This document shows, piece after piece, positions 1 through 5,880 of a stretch of 5,880 bases of DNA. The translations under genes were made by a program, and so were the position numbers. This DNA comes from Octopus sinensis (Eukaryota). The notes beneath the pieces were generated by a model that made no database searches, had not been told where the DNA came from, and was given only the letters and a program-made list of their open reading frames with translations. The DNA is taken from NCBI RefSeq assembly GCF_006345805.1, contig NW_021829817.1, positions 1 through 5,880 of the forward strand. The letters run 5' to 3'. The stretch's first letter is position 1. Every line of letters begins with the position of its first letter.

Positions 1-120
1 TTATTCTTTGTAAGCCCAGTACTTATTCGTCGGTCTCTTTTGCCGAACCACTAAGTGACGGGGACGTAACACACCAGCATCGGTTGTCAAGCAATGCTAG
101 GGGGACAAACACAGACACAC
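1..120 (-). mobile_element. 3' portion of a tRNA-derived octopus-type SINE, running off the left window edge
   Basis: TACTTATTC...TCGGTCTCTTTTGCCGAACCACTAAGTGACGGGGACGTAACACACCAGCATCGGTTGTCAAGC...GGGGACAAACACAGACACAC matches my recollection of the distal half of an abundant octopus SINE, which lies beyond an internal (CA)/(TA) microsatellite. Recall only, not aligned. Confidence 0.65.
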
Positions 121-121
121 A

Positions 122-127
122 ACACAT

Positions 128-159
<32 letters not shown>
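122..159. repeat. (CA)n followed by (TA)n microsatellite, probably the SINE's internal simple repeat
   Basis: Read directly: CA run ~122-148, TA run ~149-159. Confidence 0.95.
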
Positions 160-372
160 TGTGGTTGAAACCTTTTGGATTACTGGTGGCTAGAGTGAGC
201 CATATAGTGACCACTCTCTTATATTTATTTTGTAAAAATATTGTAATATATTATAAAATATTATAATAATCCAGGTTCTCGGAGCACTAGGCCACTTGGT
301 GTTGAATAGATATATACTATTAATTAGTATCTAATTCTCTCACCCTTATTAATTAATAATATATATACATAT

Positions 373-540
373 ACGACAGGCTTCTTTCAGTTTCCGTCTA
401 CCAAATCCACTCACAAGGCATTGGTCGGCCGGAGGGGGCTATGGCAGAAGACACGTGCCCAAGATGCCACGCAGTGGGACTGACCCGGAACCATGTGGTT
501 GGGTAAGCAAGCTTCTTACCACCAGCCACTCCTGCGCCTA
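373..540 (-). mobile_element. 5' portion of a tRNA-derived CORE-like SINE (tRNA-like head, CORE-like block, downstream block)
   Basis: Minus strand starts TAGGCGCAGGAG. A-box-like TGGCTGGTGG (plus 519-528), degenerate B-box GGGTCAGTCCC (plus 476-486), then GGCATCTTGGGCACGTGTCTTCT (plus 446-468) resembling the CORE motif ACCTTGGGCAAGT, then GCCTTGTGAGTGGATTTGGTAGACGGAAACTGAAAGAAGCCTGTCGT, ending in a TA-rich tract. A 45-bp part recurs at 1429-1473. Confidence 0.85.
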
Positions 541-1003
541 TGGTGAGTATTTTAATAAAAATTTAGTTCGTTGTTTTCAAAATGTCTGGGCTTTGAGCAT
601 CGTTTCAAGTTACTTCTATAATAAAGCGACACATATTCTTCATTCAATGAACATGGTGTAAGTATTTTAATAAAAGGTAAAGTGTTGCTATTAAACCGTT
701 TGAGCATTTCAAATAAATTTTTCTAATAAAGCAACATTTATTTTTCGTTCGATGTTATATGTACCGCGTAAACATGGCGGCTATTTTAATAAAGAATGCT
801 TGTTGCTTAGAATGTCCGTGCATTTAAAATTACTTCTATAATATTGCAACACTCTTCATTCGATGTTCGATACTCTGCAAGAGCAGGGTGAATATTTTAA
901 TAAGAAAATAAGTTTTGCTATTAAAATGTATGAGGAGCATTTTTTTTCAAGATATTTCGATACTAAAATATTTATTCTACGTTCGATGTTCGATATACGG
1001 CAT
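541..1003. repeat. Degenerate AT-rich tandem array of four ~111-121-bp units
   Basis: Anchor TATTTTAATAA at 548, 663, 782 and 893 (spacings 115/119/111). Each unit starts TGG/GGG and carries G(A/T)GCAT (595, 702, 818, 935) and a TTC(A/G)ATG motif in the same order. Confidence 0.8.
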
Positions 1004-1071
1004 ATATCACTATCGCCGCAAACACATCAGTGCATACACATTCGGTTGCAAGTGTATGATGTCTGGACTTT

Positions 1072-1082
1072 TGTGTGTGTGT

Positions 1083-1116
<34 letters not shown>
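1072..1116. repeat. (GT)n microsatellite
   Basis: Read directly; one interruption. Confidence 0.97.
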
Positions 1117-1118
<2 letters not shown>

Positions 1119-1176
1119 TATGTAGCAGTGTGTATCTGTTGATCTCCATCACTCATTCTCTCTCTCCCTTTTTACT

Positions 1177-1197
1177 TATCTATCTATCTATCTATCG

Positions 1198-1270
<73 letters not shown>

Positions 1271-1292
1271 GTCGTCTATCTACCTACTATCT

Positions 1293-1340
<48 letters not shown>
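1177..1340. repeat. (TATC)n microsatellite (GATA repeat on minus strand)
   Basis: Read directly; interrupted near 1197 and 1271-1294. Confidence 0.97.
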
Positions 1341-1374
1341 ATCTTCCTCTCCGTATGTCTGCTTCCGAGGCACA

Positions 1375-1428
1375 AGCTGAGTGAACTGGAGCAACGTGAA
1401 ATAGTCTTGCACAAGAACACAACACACA
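1375..1428 (-). mobile_element. Internal fragment of a second CORE-like SINE family
   Basis: Minus strand TGTGTGTTGTGTTCTTGTGCAAGACTATTTCACGTTGCTCCAGTTCACTCAGCT resembles the CORE-type block (…CTTGAGCAAGACACT…TTTCACGTTGCTCCAG…CACTCAGCT) that I recall from octopus SINEs. No tRNA head present. Confidence 0.55.
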
Positions 1429-1473
1429 GACGGGCTTCTTTGAGTTTCCGTCTACCAAATCCACTCACAAGGC
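1429..1473 (-). mobile_element. 45-bp fragment of the same SINE family as 373-540
   Basis: GACGGGCTTCTTTGAGTTTCCGTCTACCAAATCCACTCACAAGGC is 43/45 identical to 375-419. Confidence 0.9.
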
Positions 1474-1479
1474 TCTGTT

Positions 1480-1554
1480 TATGTATGTATGTATGTATGT
1501 ATGTATGTATGTATGTATGTGTGTGTGTATGTGTGTGTGTGTGTGTGTGTGTAT
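1480..1554. repeat. (ATGT)n then (GT)n compound microsatellite
   Basis: Read directly. Confidence 0.97.
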
Positions 1555-2359
1555 GGGCGTCTAGGTGGGTTCGTACCTCTGACGGAGGAACAAGTGGTAT
1601 TTTTCGGAGCAGTTCATCCGTTTAGGTTCTTGCTAACACCTAGTTCTCACCTGTGGGACCCCGAAGCTGTCTGCATACTACTGCGGCCACATCCGGGAAG
1701 CGGCCTCCACAGGCTGGCTAAACCATGGCGTGGATAACCGATGGCTTTCAACTCTCGGTGAGCAAAGGGCTTGTCTATTTATGTATGTGAAAACTGGACC
1801 CGGCGGACTCTGCGGAGGAAACCACTAGATTGGTTCAACGGTCAGGGGGGCGGTCCAGCAAGCATTTTTGGGGTGGACAGAGCACAATGAGACACGGACA
1901 CTGCGGCCATCTTCTGCATCCCGGCGTATCTCTAGTTTTCTTCACTTCGTTCTGCCACTGGTATCAGATAGGAAGGGACGAAAGAGAAAGGCAGATGACG
2001 TTGCGCAACCCTTCCCAACCTTAATCCATGTCATGTGCAAATCAAGATATCTCATCCCAGCCCCACCTTGAAGTTCTGTGGCGATGGACAGGTATGGATC
2101 AACTAGAAACTGTAGTTACAGACCTACAGGCAGGCGACTGACCGAACTGACCGAAGCCGCAGTGTCGTTTGGCAGCCTCCTGGGTGTCTAAGGACTGCCG
2201 TCTCTAGGATTGCTCTGTTCACTTCCATGGCCCCGAGGAAGGAGTAGAAAAGGTACCCTAAGCATAACCCTCTTCACCTCACTCTGGCCTGCATACTGCA
2301 GCAGGCGGGAACCTCAACCATGCGGGCAAAACACCAAGACGAAAACATCAGTGATATCG

Positions 2360-3012
2360 CTCACCATTGGCACATGGAATGTGTGAACGCTCATGGACAA
2401 CTCCTAGGCAAAATCTTCAGAACCGGTCAGCATTTGTTACAAGAGAACTTGGTAGGACAAAATCCACATTGCAGCTCTGGGCGAGTCCAGGCTTACAGAC
2501 ATAAATCAGTGACTGAGGTCAAAACCGGTTACACCTACTTCTGGAATGGTCGTAGTAACGATTGACGTCGTGAAGCAGGAGAGGCTTTTGCCAACACAGA
2601 TCTTGTCTGATCAGAAAGCTAACAAGCTTCCCCAAAGGAGTGAATGTTCGACTGCGGCTTCCTGTTAGGGGAAAGCGCCATACCACCACCATTAGTGCCA
2701 ATGCCCCCACCATGCAAACTCCGAGGAAGACAAAGACAAGTTTTATGAAAACTTGGAAACTCTCAAAGCAGTCGTGACTAAAGAGGACAAGCTTGTCGTA
2801 CTGGGCAACTTCAAGGCCAGAGCTGGAATAGACTACCAGGCATGGCAGAGAGTTATTGAGAGAAACGGAATTGGCAAAAACAACAATGGTCGTCTACCGC
2901 TGAAAACCTGTGGCGCATGACCTGCTCATTACCAACCCAGCGTTTCACCTGTCCAATCGTAAAAAAAAAGACGTCTGAATACAACCACACAGCAAATATT
3001 GACATCTAATTG
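2360..3012 (+). pseudogene. Disrupted apurinic/apyrimidinic-type endonuclease domain of the RTE ORF
   Basis: Manual translation across frames: LTIGTWNV*TLMDNS (from 2360); AFVTRELGR; IHIAALGESRLTD; EVKTGYTYFWNGRSND*RREAG; LIRKLTSFPKGVNVRLRLPVRGKRHTTTISANAPTM (2607-2714); NSEEDKDKFYENLETLKAVVTKEDKLVVLGNFKARAGIDYQAWQRVIERNGIGK (from 2717); HDLLITNPAFHLSNRKK; QPHSKY*HLI (to 3011). These are typical LINE EN motifs (TWNV, E-x-R, SAYAPT, GDFN, W-HLID) with many stops and frameshifts. Confidence 0.92.
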
Positions 3013-3270
3013 TCTGAAACTGATCTTGACGAAACCAACGTCAAGATCAGATTTCAGGACTGGTGACAGACTCTTCATCATAGGCCAAACCCAAGATGGA
3101 AGAGGACTCAGCGCGCAACCTCTTGTTTGCAGACGATTCCACACTCAGCACTACTACACAGGTTTAGATGCAGCCGAGCATGAACTGTTTTTTTCACTGC
3201 CTGCAACAGCTTAGGCCTCACAACCAGTACTCAAAAGACAGAAGTCGTGCACCGTCCTGCCCCGCAGGAT
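3013..3270 (+). pseudogene. Reverse transcriptase core fragment (catalytic FADD motif region) of the RTE ORF
   Basis: TDLDETNVKIR / FRTGDRLF / AKPKMEEDSARNLLFADDSTLS (FADD at 3126-3137) ...MQPSMNCF / TACNSLGLTTSTQKTEVVHRPAPQ. This matches the RTE pattern IRYRTDG-LFN ... LFADD ... FGLTISxKKTEVMHQP. Confidence 0.9.
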
Positions 3271-3485
3271 TGTGACGTTCATGCATTTCCTCGTATAGCT
3301 TCACGATACATATGAAATAAAATAACTTCAATCGGGAATCGAAACTACATTAGTTCTTTCACCAACCGTTGACTTATACCTCTTGCCTATCCCTTGTTCT
3401 TACAAACATCCCCACCCCTAAGCCACAGTTCAAGGTAAACTATTCATCGAAGCCTCAGAGCTGAGTCAACCACAGTGTATTACTA

Positions 3486-3551
3486 GTACTTACCTACTTA
3501 ATTCCTGTCGAGGTTTGAACGCAGAACGTTAAGCAGCAAACCAAAGCATTC
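3486..3551 (-). mobile_element. Possible highly degenerate tRNA-derived SINE head remnant
   Basis: GAGGTTTGAACGCAGAACGTTAAG...AAGCATT reads on the minus strand as ACGTTCTGCGTTCAAACCTC (B-box-like GTTCAAA) and resembles another octopus SINE head from memory. Short and divergent. Confidence 0.35.
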
Positions 3552-3711
3552 TAATAAATGATGATGTAATCGAAGTCCTGCCCCCCTTCTGCTCTCTCAG
3601 CCAATTCTACCTCCTCCGAAGCTCGCTAATAAATATTGATTTTAATTGATATATTATTGATTTCGTTTGAGTTGATCTAATAAATATTAATAAATATTAA
3701 TAATTATTATT

Positions 3712-3954
3712 ATGCACACTACCTTCGTATATATACATTTCTATGTGTATGCGGGTTCACGCGCATGTGTGTGTGTGTGTGTTGTGAGTTTGTACGTATG
3801 CATACGCGTGAGCGTGCGTGTATATATGCATGAATATACATACATGGTTCATGTATTTATGCGTGTATGTGTACGAGTATACATGTATATATGTATATGT
3901 ATAATATATATTTCATATATATATATATTTAATATACATACATATATATGTTTA

Positions 3955-3993
<39 letters not shown>

Positions 3994-4175
3994 ATATTAT
4001 ATATAAGATGAGAGATAAAGGTATAATTGTGCTTATATAGGTATGTATATATATATGATTATATAGATATATAGATGTTCCATCTATTCATTGAGTATAT
4101 GCGTATGTTGTGTATTTATATTTTATATGTAATTTTCATGTGTGTTTGTGTGTGTGTGTATGCGCGCGTATGTGT
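3712..4175. repeat. Low-complexity (TA)n/(GT)n/(GC)-mixed degenerate microsatellite field
   Basis: Alternating purine-pyrimidine sequence with a near-pure (TA)n run at ~3961-3988. Confidence 0.9.
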
Positions 4176-4320
4176 CCGTGTGTCCGATGTAATTACTGCT
4201 TTTAGAAGTCAGGTAGGGTTGAGACAAGAGTAAGACGTGATAAGATTCATTTGCTGGATGCGGCCCTTTCTTTGGAACATCCACCCTCCATCCACCCCGT
4301 ACACCGCGCCATCATTCAAA

Positions 4321-4368
4321 CACACACACACCCACACACACATATGCACTAATACCTTAACAAACCAT

Positions 4369-4402
<34 letters not shown>

Positions 4403-4487
4403 TATGCACTAATACCTTAACAAACCATCGCACATACACACACACACACACACATATGCACTAATACCTTAACAAACCATCGCACAT

Positions 4488-4526
<39 letters not shown>
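4321..4526. repeat. Compound minisatellite: three identical 34-bp units separated by variable (CA)n tracts, ending in (TA)n
   Basis: TATGCACTAATACCTTAACAAACCATCGCACATA at 4343-4376, 4403-4436 and 4455-4488; the following CA tracts are 26, 18 and 22 bp. Confidence 0.97.
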
Positions 4527-4570
4527 CATGTATACATGCAAATAAACAATCACTCGCTGCTACGAACGCA

Positions 4571-4650
4571 CCATCCCACCATCCCACCATCCCACCACCA
4601 CACCATCCCACCATCCCACCATCCCACCATCCCACCACCACACCAACACA
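4571..4650. repeat. Octamer tandem repeat (CCATCCCA)n with CCACCACA/CCAACACA variants, 10 units
   Basis: Unit order A A A B A A A A B C, read directly. Confidence 0.95.
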
Positions 4651-4659
4651 TCTCCAAAC

Positions 4660-4975
4660 ACTTTCAGAGCAACTCTGCGTTAATCCAATCATAAAAGGCA
4701 GCGACTATTAATTAGGACGAATGGCGATTTGTGTGTCGTTTGACAGATTAAACTTTCCGTTGCGCAGATCAAGGGCGGACTGCCGCCTCTTGAGCGAACG
4801 TAGGAAGAGCGTTAATAGAGAATGTTTTATGGCGGGGAACGAAAGTGTCGGCGGGGGCGCCATTAACCTATGGCAATGTGGGATATTAACAATCATAATA
4901 ACCAAGCCTCACTGTGCAAACGATGAAATTTCGTTTATACGTAATTGCTTTATTTGTGAATGAATTATGGTAGTA
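4660..4975. promoter_or_regulatory. Candidate cis-regulatory / conserved non-coding island (speculative)
   Basis: Unique, higher-GC segment between simple repeats with clustered homeodomain-type motifs: TAATCC 4681, CCAATCATAAAA 4685, TAATTA 4709, TGACAG 4741, TTTTATGG 4825, CCATTAA 4860, GTAATTG 4941; GC-box-like GGCGGGGGCG near 4850. Motif presence only; no functional evidence. Confidence 0.3.
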
Positions 4976-5015
4976 GCAAACGGGTCAATTTAGCTATTGA
5001 TATACACTTGAATAT

Positions 5016-5023
5016 AATGTGTG

Positions 5024-5059
<36 letters not shown>

Positions 5060-5500
5060 TGTATGTATGTATGTATGTATGTATGTATGTATGTATGTAT
5101 GTACGTACGTACGTACGTACGTACGTATGTATGTATGTATGTATGTATGTATGTATGTATGTATGTATGTATGTATGTATGTATGTATGTATGTATGTAT
5201 GTTGTATGTATTATGTATGTATGTATGTATGTATGTATGTATGTATGTATTATGTATGTACGTACGTACGTACGTATGTATGTATTATGTACGTACGTAC
5301 GTACGTACGTACGTTACGTATGTATGTATGTATGTATGTATGTATGTATGTATGTACGTACGTATGTATGTATTATGTATGTATGTATTGTATGTATGTA
5401 TGTTGTATGTATGTATGTATGTGTGTGTGTGTGTGTATGTGTGTATGTATAAACTCATTGCATCGAATATGTGTGTGTGTGTATGTATGTACGCATGTAT
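5016..5500. repeat. Large (ATGT)n microsatellite with (ACGT)n islands and a (GT)n end
   Basis: Read directly; (GTAC)n blocks at ~5101-5126, ~5258-5275 and ~5289-5319. Confidence 0.97.
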
Positions 5501-5612
5501 GAATTATTGTTGACTTCTGTCAAAGCAATAATGATCCTTAGTTTTTTCCTTCTATTTAGATACAATTGATTTCGTTCAGAATGACGATAGCAAACTACGT
5601 AGAAAGGCGCTT

Positions 5613-5686
5613 ATAGATAGATAGATAGACACACAGAAAGATAAACACACAGACTGGTAGAGATAGATAGATAGATAGATAGATAT

Positions 5687-5731
<45 letters not shown>

Positions 5732-5732
5732 G

Positions 5733-5815
<83 letters not shown>

Positions 5816-5880
5816 TATAGATAGATATAGATAGATAGATAGATAGATAGATATATAGATAGATAGATAGATAGATAGAT
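5613..5880. repeat. (GATA)n microsatellite, running off the right window edge
   Basis: Read directly; short run at 5613-5629, main array from ~5658. Confidence 0.98.

Larger units (their letters stand above)
1555..3270 (+). mobile_element. Decayed RTE-clade (RTE/BovB-like) non-LTR retrotransposon: 5' leader, endonuclease, internal deletion, RT core fragment; 3'-truncated
   Basis: Protein motifs are recoverable across frameshifts (see the two pseudogene features). The ~800 bp of higher-GC sequence between the microsatellite and the EN start resembles RTE 5' leaders as I recall them, so the 5' boundary is inferred. No TSD or 3' tail found. Confidence 0.88.

Noticed and set aside
445-540. Genuine tRNA gene
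   Set aside because: A and B boxes are degenerate, no full cloverleaf can be drawn, and it runs directly into a CORE-like SINE body.
863-1384. 173-aa ORF
   Set aside because: Runs through the degenerate array and the (GT)n and (TATC)n tracts (CVCV, IYLS repeats); no recognisable domain.
2137-2154. 9-bp tandem duplication ACTGACCGA x2 in the LINE leader
   Set aside because: Real but ordinary small duplication; it is adjacent rather than flanking an insert, so not a useful TSD.
2320-2565. 81-aa ORF as an independent gene or LINE ORF1
   Set aside because: Only its last ~18 residues (EVKTGYTYFWNGRSND) are in the true EN frame; the rest is an off-frame reading of the frameshifted EN.
2519-3214. 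Short ORFs 2519-2713 (-), 2929-3144 (-) and 2999-3214 (+)
   Set aside because: Antisense or mostly off-frame readings of the LINE pseudogene.
1555-3270. Active or domesticated LINE protein
   Set aside because: Many stops and frameshifts, GDFN changed to GNFK, the EN catalytic D-H motif deleted and the RT truncated at both ends.
3550-3710. Repeated AATAAA (TAATAAATATT) as polyadenylation signals
   Set aside because: Expected in very AT-rich short tandem sequence; no associated gene 3' end visible.
4343-4488. CRISPR array (34-bp direct repeats with spacers)
   Set aside because: The spacers are pure (CA)n, the repeat is not palindromic, there are no cas genes and the context is eukaryotic. 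It is a compound minisatellite.
4769-4805. Helitron 3' terminus or intrinsic terminator at the GC-rich hairpin
   Set aside because: No CTRR end at the expected distance, no U-tract, and bacterial terminators are not relevant in this context.
4708-4963. Overlapping ORFs (+80 aa, -65 aa) in the unique island as coding exons
   Set aside because: No recognisable protein similarity and no convincing splice-site pair. A small exon cannot be excluded without RNA-seq.
4960-5513. Long ORFs of 143-180 aa (MYVC repeats)
   Set aside because: Stop-free translation of (ATGT)n/(ACGT)n in all three frames; no coding signal.

Overview
Eukaryotic, repeat-dense, apparently non-coding DNA with no intact protein-coding gene. 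The dense (GATA)n/(ATGT)n/(CA)n/(TA)n microsatellites and the tRNA-derived CORE-like SINEs resemble octopus (coleoid cephalopod) genomic DNA; this is recalled from family sequences, not a database result. Main contents: (i) a minus-strand tRNA-derived SINE, probably split by a ~200-bp insert (1-540); (ii) a degenerate four-unit ~115-bp tandem array (541-~1003); (iii) chimeric SINE fragments (1375-1473); (iv) a decayed plus-strand RTE-clade LINE (~1555-3270) with a long 5' leader, in which a frameshifted AP-endonuclease domain is joined directly to the RT core (LFADD) through a large internal deletion, with the 3' end missing; (v) micro/minisatellites, including three identical 34-bp units separated by (CA)n and a G4-capable octamer array; (vi) a ~300-bp unique island (4660-4975) with clustered homeodomain-type motifs and an imperfect hairpin. 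The ORFs in the supplied track are microsatellite read-throughs, partial or off-frame readings of the dead LINE, or unrecognisable. I see no solid evidence for a new biological system. The best leads are the LINE deletion derivative, the degenerate array and the unique island.
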